From positions 121,148,001-121,212,000 of the forward strand of contig NC_043000.1 in NCBI RefSeq assembly GCF_006345805.1: 64,000 nucleotides of DNA, read 5' to 3'. This DNA is from Octopus sinensis. Its lineage: Eukaryota. The position numbers and the translations under genes are program-made. The notes beneath the pieces are model-generated. The model was not told where the DNA came from. It worked only from the letters and a program-made list of their open reading frames with translations, and searched no databases. Numbering within the stretch: the stretch's first letter is position 1; the number at the start of each line of letters is the position of its first letter. Below are positions 28,225 to 40,960 of this stretch, one piece after another.

Positions 28225-28646
28225 CCGACTAAAGGCGGTGCTCCAGCATGGCCACAGTCAATGAGTGAAACAAATAAAAGAGTAAAAGAACACATGGGTA
28301 AGTGACTTCTACTATAGCCGCGGACAGATGAAAAGCCTTGTGAATCTATTTAGTAAACGGAAAATGAAAGAAGCCCGTTGTATTTATATATATATATATG
28401 TGTGTGTTTTTGCGTGTGCGTGCATATATTCACGTGTCTAGTGTTGTCCCCCTCCCCCCCAAAACATCGCTTCACAACCGATGCTGGTGTGTTTACGCCC
28501 CCGTAACTTAGTGGTTCGGCAATAGTGGCCGATAGAATATATACTAGGCTCACAGAAATAAGTCCTGTGGACGATTTTGCTCAACTAAAGGCAGTGCTGC
28601 AGCATGGGCGCAGTGAAATGACTGACACAAGTAAAAGAATAAAAAG
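28225..28646 (+). mobile_element. SINE type B: a 3' tail fragment followed by a 5'-truncated copy
   Basis: cgactaaaggcggtgctccagcatggcc (28227), then cttctactatagcc..gaagcccg..ccgtaacttagtggttcggc..cagcatgggcgcagt. Confidence 0.8.
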
Positions 28647-28660
28647 TATATATATAATAT

Positions 28661-28745
<85 letters not shown>

Positions 28746-29196
28746 AAAAGATATATATAAAAATACAAAATGGGACAAGAACGCAAAACACTTAAGAGAC
28801 GACACAAAATATGGACGGGTCATTCGAAGGCTCTAATCTTCAGTCAAGAACCGGATCATCCTCGCAATTTCGGCTGTGCGCGCGTGAAGGGCTGTTTCTG
28901 TGTAGATGCATGTGTTTGTGTGTATTTATGCATATACACACACACAAACACACACGTGAGATTTTACTTGAAAACGCTCGTTTGCGTCAGCGGTTTGAAG
29001 AAACACAACATTCCAGTACGGCGTTGGAGACATACCCCTGTCCCAATAATCTATACAGACCAAAACACTATACGGTTAAAGCTTCCCTAGTGATGAAGAG
29101 AACATATTATACCACCCGGTATTATTAAATTTATTATTGTTACTGGTACGACTGTTACTACTACGAATACCGCTACTACTACTACTACTACTACTA

Positions 29197-29258
<62 letters not shown>

Positions 29259-29265
29259 AATAAAT

Positions 29266-29514
29266 AAATGCGCCCTTTTAAAGCCTAGCCCGGCTCATGG
29301 GCCCGGTTTCCCGGTTTCAATGGCGTATGTGTTCCCCAGCTGGATGGGACGCCAGTCATCACAGAGTTACTCAATTTTACCAGCTGAGTGGACTGGAGCA
29401 ACGTGAAATGAAGTGATTGCTCAAGAACACAACGCGTCGCCCGGTCAAGGAATCGAAACCACAATCTTACGATCATGATGCTGACACCCTAACCACTCAA
29501 CCACGCGCCACCAC
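29266..29514 (-). mobile_element. SINE type C (tRNA-like head, distinct body, (ATTT)n/(ATT)n tail)
   Basis: Minus strand: gtggcgcgtggttgagtggttaggg..ggtttcgattcc..tgtgttcttgagca..ccactcagctggtaaa..gatgactggcgtcccatccag..ggctaggcttaaaagggcgc. Confidence 0.75.
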
Positions 29515-29544
29515 AATAATAATAATAATAATAGTAATATAATA

Positions 29545-29598
<54 letters not shown>

Positions 29599-29879
29599 GG
29601 TAACCAGAATGTGGAATCTAAAAGCAGAAACAATTCCTATCATAATAGGTGCATTAGGCATGATAAAAAAATATTCAGACAAATACATGACAAAAACACC
29701 AGGACTTACAAACACATATAACATGCAGAAAATTGCACTACTAGGCACTGCACACATCCTACGCAGAACACTTTCCATACAATAACCATCAGAGCATCAC
29801 AACAAATCACAGCACATACCTAAGGCACACAGAGCTGCGCTCGGTAGTGAAGTGAAATCACGCCATAACAATAAAACTA

Positions 29880-29882
<3 letters not shown>
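29599..29882 (+). mobile_element. 5'-truncated Dong/R4-clade LINE 3' end inserted in (TAA)n
   Basis: VTRMWNLKAETIPIIIGALGMIKK..MQKIALLGTAHILRRTLSIQ* (29600-29785) is the R4/Dong C-terminus. (TAA)n lies on both sides, the known Dong target. Confidence 0.8.
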
Positions 29883-29932
<50 letters not shown>

Positions 29933-29944
29933 TAATAATAATAA

Positions 29945-30312
29945 GCATCATAGCCATGTGTTGAGAGGGATTCTGTGGGGGAGCATCATAGCCATGTGTT
30001 GAGAGGATTCTTTGGGGTTTGAATAATTCACCTCTGGAAACATGGGTGGTTCTTTCAATATCCTTAAACAACCCTTATTCAGGGACCTTTTGAGCGGGAT
30101 GGGCTACTCGACCTGAAGAAATTTCTAACTGGGCCCCACCTGCAAGGTCATGCGCTGTTTACCTTCATATGAGATCACCATGTCGCGCACATATGGTTGT
30201 GATGCATGTGCCTGGTGTACCCTTATCAGACGGGTAGTCATGATGGGTATACTGGGCTTCGTATATTTTACCCCAGTGTCACTTTGATGGCATGAACTGC
30301 TCTCTCACTCAA
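29945..30312 (+). mobile_element. Probable 3' UTR of a second TAA-associated non-LTR element
   Basis: GC-richer block between (TAA)n arrays, ending ctctctcactc(AAT)n, with a 5' tandem duplication of gcatcatagccatgtgttgagagg. Confidence 0.45.
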
Positions 30313-32503
30313 TAATAATAATAATGATAATAATATAGCTAAGAGTTCAGATATGTGACAGGGAAAGTGAACCACTTGGAATAGAGTAGTGGAGTGATAA
30401 TATAGTTTATTGACAACCGGATGTTTGGACGGCAAAGGTGACATCGCCGGCATTTAAACTTTTAACGTAAGGTTACAACACAGAATATCGGTGGCATTCT
30501 CTCTGATTATGACATATAGAAATGAAAATATGATAAGAACAACCGAACGTGCATATGCACACTAATATATGAAAGGTCAGAAATATATGAGTAAATATAC
30601 TTATGTCTTCGGATAAATAACATTAACAAGGTAAACAGATATGTTGTTCGTATATTAACAGGTAAAATACACCCGATGCGCTTAAGATTTTATATGATCT
30701 TTGTAATTAGATGCTAATAAAGTTTTAGTAATATATAACAATTAAGGATTAAATTGTATTCGTAAATTCAAAGCTTCTGATTTTTCTTAAAAAATCATAT
30801 GCGGTTTTAAAACGAAATCTGTCCAGAGATGCTTGTCTTTGGTATTTCCCAAGTATAACGGTTAAAGAGCTAGAAACGTGTCTGGGAATCCTACAGTAGG
30901 CTGCACTGGACATATTTTAACTGATCTAAAGTTCGCTTTTGACTAAACACTGATTTTTTTAATATATTACTCTGCCTCCGGTATTCGAGTACAATTTTCC
31001 CACCTTACTTCGTATTTATGTGCTAACTCTGTTATATATATATATATATATATAATCTATATATATATATATATATATATAAACACACACGCACACACAC
31101 ACACACATACACACATATATATATACATATGTATGTATGTATGGATGGAGTTGTGTATGTATGTAGATATGTGTGTGTGAGTGTATGTGTGAATAAATGT
31201 TGATGTCTTTACATTATTGTAATTTCCAGGGTCGTCAAGAGGCCAAGAATATAAGATCCAGGTTGGGAAATTAGATAAGAAATGGGGACGTTTCATTTGA
31301 TTGAAATTCTTCGAGGCTACGCCAAATTACGGCTCCTTTCTATTGAAGCAAGTAAAAGAATAAAGAATAAAGAACATATATATACATAATAGTGTACATT
31401 TAAAGCCAAGAGAAAACTGCCTTCAACAAGCAGTATTCAAAACGACCAAAACCACATTTAAGAGCAATCTTCAAATGGAATGAAAAATAAAAACTTTTAC
31501 ATTTTACCTTGTTATTTTAATCCGGTCGCACCTAGGTTTCCAATTTTTTTTTTAGCAAAAAAAAACAATTTGCTAGGCGAATTTCTCTTCAGACCGCGCC
31601 ATAACACTAACATATGATTAAGATACGAATAACACGTACCTCATCGTTATACATTATAATTTTTTTCAAAATTCACCGCACAAGCGCAGTTTCAGTCAGC
31701 AGGAAATGAATAAATGCCGAACTAATGTTTTAAAAAATTGCTAAGTATACGTAAAATAGAAGGTAGTGAGTTCTATTAGAAATTTCACTACACATTGGCC
31801 TAGCATGTATAAAAAGTCAATAGACAACATATTCTCAATATAAAATAGTGTACATTTAAACACAAGAGAAAATTGCCTTCAATAGGCAATATTATTCTTC
31901 GGTTTTGTATTCACTCCATATTACTTCTGATATTAATCACATGATCGAGATGAGCTTATAGAAGGAATGTATATGCAGGTAATGCATGTATATGTTGCTA
32001 TTTACGAAGAGATTTATATATATGTTTGTATTTCTTGTTTATATATTTATAGGCGTATTTCTACTAGTGATTGCAAATCAATTTTTCTCCAAGAGCAATA
32101 GATTTATCCGAAGTTATTTAAATCATGTTACTCATTTCCTCGTATTGTACCTGTGGTTTATATATAGGGAATAAAATTAGAGTGAATTGTTGGCATTTGA
32201 CATCTAATTCTAGCGTAGGCTCTGACATTCCAGAACCCTTAATTATGATTATGTTTTAATAATTCTATACTTAAAAATTAATTTTACCGTTACGGTCACT
32301 TATCTACACTAGGACACTGATATGATCATTTTTATGATTATTAACTTAACTTATAAGTGTATATATATATAATTATTATTTCTAATTCTCTTTCAAGGAG
32401 ACTACGGCAGCAGTACTAGATATTAATATTTATCGCCAAAGTATCATGGCAGTCCAGAAAAAATAGGATGAATGCTGCCGTTGATTAGCTCCAAGAGGCC
32501 ATC

Positions 32504-32700
32504 GCCTCTAGCTAGCTATGCGACACAGAAACCTGTCCATTATAACATTCAAACAGGAGAGGTCAGCCGCTTCTCCATGCTGGTCTGGCATCTACAGACT
32601 AGTTTGGAGGTGTTTGCCTCAGCAAGGGGAAGTAGCTGACCTCCCCTGTTCGAAGGTTAAAATGGACACAGGTTTGTGTGTCACATAGCTAGCTGGAGGC
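32504..32700. repeat. Fold-back element with about 75 bp inverted arms
   Basis: gcctctagctagctatgcgacacagaaacctgtccatt..aacaggagaggtcagc pairs with gctgacctcccctgtt..aatggacacaggtttgtgtgtcacatagctagctggaggc. Confidence 0.85.
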
Positions 32701-32716
32701 TAACTATTAATATGTA

Positions 32717-33100
32717 TCTCTCTCTATATAAACGGCAGTTTGTCTGTGCGTGTTTCTGTGTGTCTGTTTTCTCGTACCCTCACCCTGACCACGGCTTTCA
32801 ACCGATTCTGATGAAACTTGACACACACATAGCCCAATGTCATAATTCAAAACTAACGCAGCGAAAATTTTGAAAAGTTCCCCAGTTCTGAAAAAAATCG
32901 ATAAATCGACATGGGGTCGAGAATAAAAAAAAACAACCACAGACTGTCTAGGGGACGCAACTCAACCTTTTTTTACTTCTCAAAAAAAAATTTACCATCA
33001 TTTTTTTTCCATTTTTTTGCTATTTTTTGGCTATAACTCTCTAAAAATGCTTTATAGTTATTTCCCTTACAAACCTGAGCAACGCCGGGCGATACTGCTA

Positions 33101-33101
<1 letters not shown>
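32717..33101 (+). mobile_element. Non-autonomous Helitron-like element
   Basis: A|TC start. Ends aaacctgagcaacgccgggcgatactgCTAG|T, nearly identical to the end of 884-1235. Confidence 0.75.
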
Positions 33102-33177
<76 letters not shown>

Positions 33178-33228
33178 TATATAGAGAGAGAGAGAGAGAG
33201 AGTGAGAGAGAGACAGATATTATATATA

Positions 33229-33259
<31 letters not shown>

Positions 33260-33263
33260 ATAT

Positions 33264-33320
<57 letters not shown>

Positions 33321-34303
33321 GAGAGAGATAGATAGTTAGATTGATAGATAGATGGATACATATATATCGATAGATTCATCTATGTGCATTTATATAGGCA
33401 TGTATGTATGTATCGAGGAAGAGAAAGAAAGGGAGGGACGGATAGACGAAATAGTTATATGTATTTTATTGGCGTAGTTCCAATTCGAAGTGCTTGTGTT
33501 TCCTAGAAAACCACAACGAGTGCTTCGTATTAGCGTTGAGCCAAAAATTCTTTTGATATTAATTGACAGAAAACTTTTCTACCTTAATGGTGTGTGTCAT
33601 TTCCGGTATTTTCTCTTCTGTTCCATATTCTGCTACCAAGCTTCCTGTTAATTCTACCAATCATAACAATATTACGTACAGCATACATTATCCTTTCAAC
33701 GTCCTCGTTTTGCGATCGACCTGGTTTTTTTTACCACCGCTTTTGTTTTAGCTCTATAATCTCTCTATTTAGATTCATCAACGTTAATGTGTTAATGTTA
33801 AATAAACATGCACTTCCGTTTCATACATTTTATCTACAATACACCCGCCTATCGCACACGTTGCCTTACTCACCTTCTTTATAACTTCACTGTATGTATC
33901 TTCACGTAAATCTCTCCTATCAAGCTGTTTTGCTTGTCTTTTTCATTTCGTTTATTTATCTTTCTTCTCTTATCGATGTGAGCTTTCATCTATATCGTTC
34001 TATCTCACACAATGCATATTTCTCTTCGTAAACATTTAAGTACATTTTTTTTGTGTGTGTCTTTGATTTCTAAGTTTTGGTTTCTGTCTAAATGCTTAGA
34101 ACATATATAAACAAATACGTGTTTGACTCTCTCTCTCTCTCACCCCAGTCTTTCTGTCTGTCTGTCTGTCTCTGTCTGTCTCTCTCTCTCTATATATATA
34201 TATTTATTTGTGTGCGTGTGTGCGTGCGTGTGTGTGTATGATGTATATATCTATATGTATATCAATCTACCTATCTATCTATGTATCTATCTATCTATTT
34301 ATG

Positions 34304-34338
<35 letters not shown>

Positions 34339-34341
34339 ATA

Positions 34342-34390
<49 letters not shown>

Positions 34391-34520
34391 ATACACACAC
34401 ACACACACGTATATATATATATATATATATAAATATATGTATATATACATATGTATGTATGTACACATGTATGGATGTATACATGTATATATGTATATAT
34501 ATATATATAATATATATATA

Positions 34521-34559
<39 letters not shown>

Positions 34560-34691
34560 CACATGTATGTATATGTACATACACATATATGTTATATATA
34601 TATTATGGCTGCCCCCACGTTATCGAGTATAGCCATTGCACGAAGCTTAACTGTTACTGGTGCTGTGATCGAATGTTATCACACACACACG

Positions 34692-34729
<38 letters not shown>

Positions 34730-35107
34730 CATGCTTATCTATTTATATATGTGCGTGCGCGTGTGTGTGTTTATATATGTGTACGAATAATCATTTATAA
34801 ACATACTTGGTTTGTCTTTACAGAAGTTTTATATTTTAACTATACACATTTCTGAAGCTACTTCTATTTTACCTCACTCTCTTTCCTCCTTTCTCTCTTT
34901 TTCCCAGTTTCACTCCCCCTCTCCCTGTCACTCTCTACCTCTTCTCTGAGTTTGAAAGTGATCGGTATATCGGTCTGGTTTTTATCTTTTTTTCTGCGTT
35001 CTTAGTTTTTGATCTCTTTGGTAGTCACAGCCGTAGTATTCTCATTCATTCTCAATCTCTATCCCCCGTTAATTCTCTTCCTCCTTCTCTTTGTTTTCTT
35101 TCATTCT

Positions 35108-35141
<34 letters not shown>

Positions 35142-35994
35142 TCATGTTTCTCTTTTCTATCTCAATGCCCGCCGTTCATAGCACCGAATCAAATCGTGTT
35201 TGTACTCTTTAAGCGCGGTCAACAAACAGTTAGTGAAGTGCGTATGAATAAACATACTTCGTTACTTAGAGCTATATCTCACAACGTCCTTAGATCAATT
35301 CATCAGTGTCGATGTTTCTTTTCATTGTTCAATGATATATAAGTTTTTGTTTCTCACTGTCATATACGAGAATATAATTAAAACGCTATATTTCTTTACA
35401 AAAATGTGCTATGTCTAGAATGTCATTCATTCCTAAAATTATGCACAAATCTTTTTCCACGGCAACAAACAGAAACACAAATACAGAGAGGGAGAGAGGG
35501 AGAGAGAGAGAGGGAGAGAGAGAGAGAAATATATATATAGAGAGAGAAATAGAGAGAAAGAGAAGGAGAGAGAGAAAGAGAAGGAGAGAGAGAAATAGAG
35601 AGAAAGAGAACGAGAGAGAGAGAAATAGAGAGAGAGAGAGACAAACAGATAAAAAGTATACTAGCACACATGTTCATGCACACAGAATGATACGCATAAA
35701 CCTGTATATGTCTAAATTCATACGATTACTATGCGTCTACGCTTTAATTTACGTATGAGCACTTTTTGTATGATAATTAGAATTTATTAGTTTTAGAATA
35801 CGCCCTAGCTATAATTTAATGCTATACAGTGATGAGTATTTCCCGTTCCTAAAACCGAGAAGTTGTACATCATTGTGTGGGCGTTTATCTTTAAAAGTAT
35901 CCAGTAATATATATATATGCATACATCCACCTATTCAAACACATGTAAATATCGGTGAATTGTATGTGTATCACTCCGAGTATTACACGTCTTA

Positions 35995-36087
<93 letters not shown>

Positions 36088-36257
36088 CACTCTCTATATA
36101 TATATGAGAAAAAACGCCTTTTATCAATTCAATAATGAAAAATTAAATTATACCATTTAGAAAAATTACATCTTATAGAAAGATTAAATATAAGATAAAA
36201 TATATAACAATGATTAAGTAATGTGCAAAATAATATATATAACGTATATATTTGGGA

Positions 36258-36329
<72 letters not shown>

Positions 36330-36340
36330 ATATATATATG
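33102..36340. repeat. Microsatellite-rich zone with (TA)n, (GATA)n, (TCTA)n and (GA)n
   Basis: Arrays at about 33102-33370, 34190-34790, 35480-35650, 35995-36105 and 36260-36340. Confidence 0.9.
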
Positions 36341-36539
36341 ATTGCATCATCTGACAGAAGGTAACCGTCCCATCAAAACACACACACTACACCCGAGCAC
36401 ATAGAACAATCATTCCGTTGATGAGCCCTTAAATGACTTTTAAGACCAGCTGCTGACTGACGGGGTTTAAAACATAAATGACAAGTCTCTTCTATATCGT
36501 CACCATTTGGAATCTGATTCTGAAAGAATTTTTATGTGA

Positions 36540-36720
36540 GCTAGCGAAATGCTTAGCGGTATTTCGTCTGCCGCTACGTTCTGAGTTCAAATTCCGCCGA
36601 GGTCGACTTTGCCATTAATCTTTTCGGGGTCGATAAATTAACTACCAGTTGCATACTGGGGTGGATGTAATCGACTGACCCTCAAAGAAAATTTCGGGCC
36701 TTCTGTCTTGAGTAGAAAAA
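36540..36720 (+). mobile_element. SINE type A, 5'-truncated monomer
   Basis: gcgaaatgcttagcggtatttcgtctgccgctacgttctgagttcaaattccgccgaggtcgac...gagtagaaaa. Confidence 0.8.
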
Positions 36721-37465
36721 ATATATACATATAGACGTGCATACACTCATATACACATATTTGGAAATATATCATATACGTACACACATACACACATATA
36801 TATACACATATTATGTAGATTCATACATACGCAGATACACGTGCGCACACACATACATATATATAAACAGTGCCTAAATAATGTGAAGAAACGTGAAGTA
36901 AGAGATATACTGTTAACGGTGTTATGGCGAGTAGTCGGACAATAGACTTACAGAACATCAGATCAGCGAAGTAGTTATAGCCTGGAAGCAATAGGGAACG
37001 GAATAGTGTATGTCTTTTTGTCACAATAAGTGCCCCAGCAAGGCTGCAGTCAAATGACCGAAACAAGTAAAAGAATAAAAGAATATGAATTAGTAAAATA
37101 CCGAATTCAAGCCTTGTTTTATGGGGATTTTGATTTCCTACTGGCTATTTCCTAATCAAAACGTTTAGTCTGTGTCAAACTGGAAGTGCCCTGGTTATAG
37201 ACGTCAGTAATTCGTATGGTCACCAAGATAAGGAAGACGAATCTGAATATCTGAAAATATATTTCTGACACAGTCATAATTTTAGATGGTTTTAGGACGG
37301 TGTAAAATCCACCTGACTCATTGTAACATTTCATTAATTCTTATTTTTCCGTCACTATTCACTAGTTTTCATTTGCTTCCCAGGTGCTTAGATATGTAAC
37401 AAAAATATTTGTTTCGTGAGTTTCAGCTTTCATTTATTTCTCCAGTCTGAAAATCGGAAGTAAAA

Positions 37466-37883
37466 GGCGGCGAGCTGGCAGAATCGTTAGCACGCTGGGA
37501 GAAATGCTTAGCGGTATTTCGTCTGCCTCTACGTTCTGAGTTCAAATTCCCTCGAGGTCGACTTTGCCTTTCATCCTCTCGGGGTCGATAAATTAAGGAC
37601 CAATTACATACTGGGGTCGATGTAATCGACTTAATCCGTTTGTCTGTCCTTGTTTGTCCTCTCTGTGTTTAGCCCCTTGTGGGTAATAAAGAAATAGGTA
37701 TTTCATCTGCCGCTACGTTCTGAGTTCAAATTCCACCGCGGTCCACTTTGCTTTTCATCCTCTCGGGGTCGATAAACTAAGTACCAGTTACGCACTGGGG
37801 TCGATATAATCGACTTAATCCGTTTTTCTGTCTTTTTTTGTCCCCTCTGTATTTAGCCCCTTGTGGGTAGTAAAGAAATAGGT
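37466..37883 (+). mobile_element. SINE type A, dimer
   Basis: Full head ggcggcgagctggcagaatcgttagcac. The second unit is joined at gaaata|ggtatttc (about 37697). Confidence 0.9.
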
Positions 37884-38361
37884 ATAAATACATTTATGGA
37901 GCTTGACAGTATAAGCAGAGTGAAGTCGGGTATTTCATTATTTCTTATTTCTTCGTCACTATTCACTAGTTTTCATTTGCTTCCCAGGTGCTTAATGTAT
38001 GTAAAAAATATTTGTTTCTTGAGTTTGAGATTTCCTTCCTTTCTCCAGTCTGAACATCGGAAGTAACATTTGGACATATTGTATTATTTAACTAGAATAG
38101 TTATGATACATGTAAAATACTGTAGCCAGTCTAACACACTATACTCTTCACAAATAACTAAGAGTCTGCCAGCATTTTAAGTTGAAGGTATAAATATATT
38201 TATGGAACTTGACAGTATAAGCAGACTGAATTCGGTTTCACCTCGTTACGGTCCTTGAAAAATTCTGCTCTCAAAGCTGTTACCAGGAGTTTCATACTGA
38301 AACCAACGCTATTCCCTAATACCTATTATCACAGTAAGTTACAAACTCGCAGCTGATGAAG

Positions 38362-38411
38362 AATCAACGCCATACATTTTTGCATTACTGCTAAAATGTA
38401 TGGCGTCGATT
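38362..38411. other. 23-bp hairpin (2 mismatches, 4-nt loop)
   Basis: aatcaacgccatacatttttgca-ttac-tgctaaaatgtatggcgtcgatt. Confidence 0.85.
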
Positions 38412-39128
38412 TAATGCTTTCAACTCCAGTAAATACGATGTTCTTATAACTTAACGCTGTAAGTTCTTCATAAAGTTATGTACAACTCTAACAATAAATG
38501 TATATATTTAAACTGCCACCACATCTTGGCACATTTCAAGCGTCACATTTTATCTTATCTGTGTACGTCATTAGAGCCTAGCAGACCGTTTCCTTTCACG
38601 TGCTCTCAAATTTATGTATATACCTATTTTCTTATATATACCATTCTAGTACCCCTCTCTCTCTCTTCTTCTTCCTTTATTGGTCTCTTGATATATATAG
38701 TATATGTTTTGTGCCATGGTTTCGTGGAAGAGCGTGTGCATTGTAGATATATTGTGTGATTTCTTAAAAGCGGGTTTAGTATTATGAGTATCATTACAGG
38801 ATAAAGAACAGGTGCAAAAGTTAAACTAATATATGCTACATTTTTCAAATGCAGAACGGAATACTTGTTAAATTAGAAAAGAGGTTGGTTAAATATCAAG
38901 ATCAAGTAAATGTTTTGAAAATAATTATTTTTGAAATCACATTAACATCAAACAATCTTGTACATTTTCTTGAGCATCGTTATAATTCCTCTCCTTCACA
39001 TTATAGTGTGCAATACATTAATACGAATAAAAAAATTAAAAATCGTACATAAATTATAGTTTACAAAGCGTATTTTAATGAACTAGTTATCGTATAGAGA
39101 GAAACACATACTCACAAACACACATATG

Positions 39129-39171
<43 letters not shown>

Positions 39172-39307
39172 ACATATACACACGCTTAGTATATGCATAC
39201 CTACTTATCAGATGAAAATTGTGGTTTGAACATGCTTACTACAATTAAACTTTTGTATTTGATCCTACAGGTCTATATTGATTGATTTCTACGTCAGGGT
39301 GATTAAT

Positions 39308-39733
39308 TCTTCTTTCTTCGCCCTGTTTAAGCCTAGCCAGGCTCATGGACCCGGTTTCCAGGTTTCTGTGGCGTATTTGTTCCCTCCAGCTGGACGGGAC
39401 GCTAGTCTATCGCAACAAATATACAATTGTATATATAAGTGTCTTGTTGCACTTATTGCGACAAAAATACGTACACTATTCAGTTTCCTATGTCAGAAAT
39501 ATATTTTCAGATATTCAGATTCGTCTTCGTTATCTTGTGACCATACGGACAACTGATGTCTATTGTCAGGGCACTTCTAGTTTGACACAGACTAAATGAG
39601 TCAACGCTATTTTTCTTAGAACGGGGTCTCGTGGAGGTTTTAGCTGTTTTCGATCAATAAACACACACAACGCCCAGTCTAGGAATCGAAACCGCGAGAC
39701 CGGTTTCCTAACCACAGGGACATTGCGCCTCCA
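39308..39733 (-). mobile_element. Hybrid SINE (type D head plus type C tail) with a 13-bp TSD and a replaced middle
   Basis: TSD cagggtgattaat at 39295-39307 and 39734-39746. Head matches 51603, tail matches 29280. Confidence 0.8.
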
Positions 39734-40559
39734 CAGGGTGATTAATGCCTGACATTTAATGATACACTATTCTGCTGGTTTTCATTTAATTCGTTTTAGT
39801 TGTTTTCTGTTTTAAGTGTATTTTCTCTACGATTGCTATAGTGAATTATATACTATTTAGTATATAATTGAAGCTTAATATTTAAAGCGATATTTCCCTC
39901 TACGAGTTTATTTCCTCTTGATTATGTTTTCAATGTTTTTTACCTGCGTTGGTCAACAGAGACTTTTGTTTTATGTTCTTTAATTAATCTATATTTTTGC
40001 CGATTTTGGTTTATTCCGCAGGTTAGTATCTTTTCCACTTTTTCTATTGACAACATGTATTTTCGACTATACCCAATAACTTTTAGTTTGATATATATCG
40101 TTTTAATATTCCATGATTCGAGGGTCTATAATTCTTGGTGTTGAGATGTCCACTTTGAGGAATTTATTTTGTTTTCTGTGTTGTGTTTTTTCTTATATTT
40201 CTGTGCTTCGTAGCAATAATAAAGATACTACTTATGTTAGAGATTTCATGTTTGCATTAGTAATAAGAAGCATACGAAGATGTAATATATATACTAGACC
40301 AATGTTCTATTCTTTCTTCTTATCTGTTAATTCTTAGGCAACATTTATGGATTTAACGCTGTTGTCAACGCTGGATTGAATGTTACTGAATGTTAGTCAC
40401 CATAATATTAGTCACCATAATCTTAGTCACCAATTATGAAGCTGAGGAACGATGTAAATGTTCTCTGTGTTTCTTGACTATGAACTTACTGTATTTCGTG
40501 TGTTATGAGTCAACGCTATTTTTCTTAGAACGTAACTGAAGTTTTCAAAATAAAATACA

Positions 40560-40960
40560 AAACGTTGTTTCCGAAATACTGCACCGCCGGATCTCTTTAG
40601 ATTCTGGACATTATTTACATGTATAAATACGTTCAAATTATTACTAGAAGTCGGTTCGTTGAAAGACAGAGCAATAATCTTATCATACACCCATGGGTAT
40701 CTCGATGTTTATTGCGCCACATCCTGATTCGCAAAAGCATTCACCAAGAATTAACAGGAAATTGCATTTAGGCTCTTTCAATTCACATCATATTTTCTCG
40801 TCGTAATTCAATATTACAATTAATATCAATGCCATATTACAATACAATGCTCTAATTATTACAAATGTTGTAACTTGAGAACCAATAAACCATTCAATGA
40901 TGTTTTTGTATATAAAGTTGTTTTTCGAATGACGAATGCAATGAATTCGCCATCGATTAT
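40560..40960 (-). pseudogene. Possible decayed hAT transposase fragments
   Basis: Minus strand RIHCIRH (hAT-like HCxxH), then WRNKTSRYPWVYDKIIALSFNEPTS..KRS, which resembles the hAT C-terminal dimerisation domain. Confidence 0.35.

Noticed and set aside
35411-35758. ER/RE-rich ORF resembling a splicing factor
   Set aside because: Encoded by a (GA)n-derived tract
40393-40435. Three copies of a 15-bp unit (ttagtcaccataat.)
   Set aside because: A simple slippage minisatellite with no further structure
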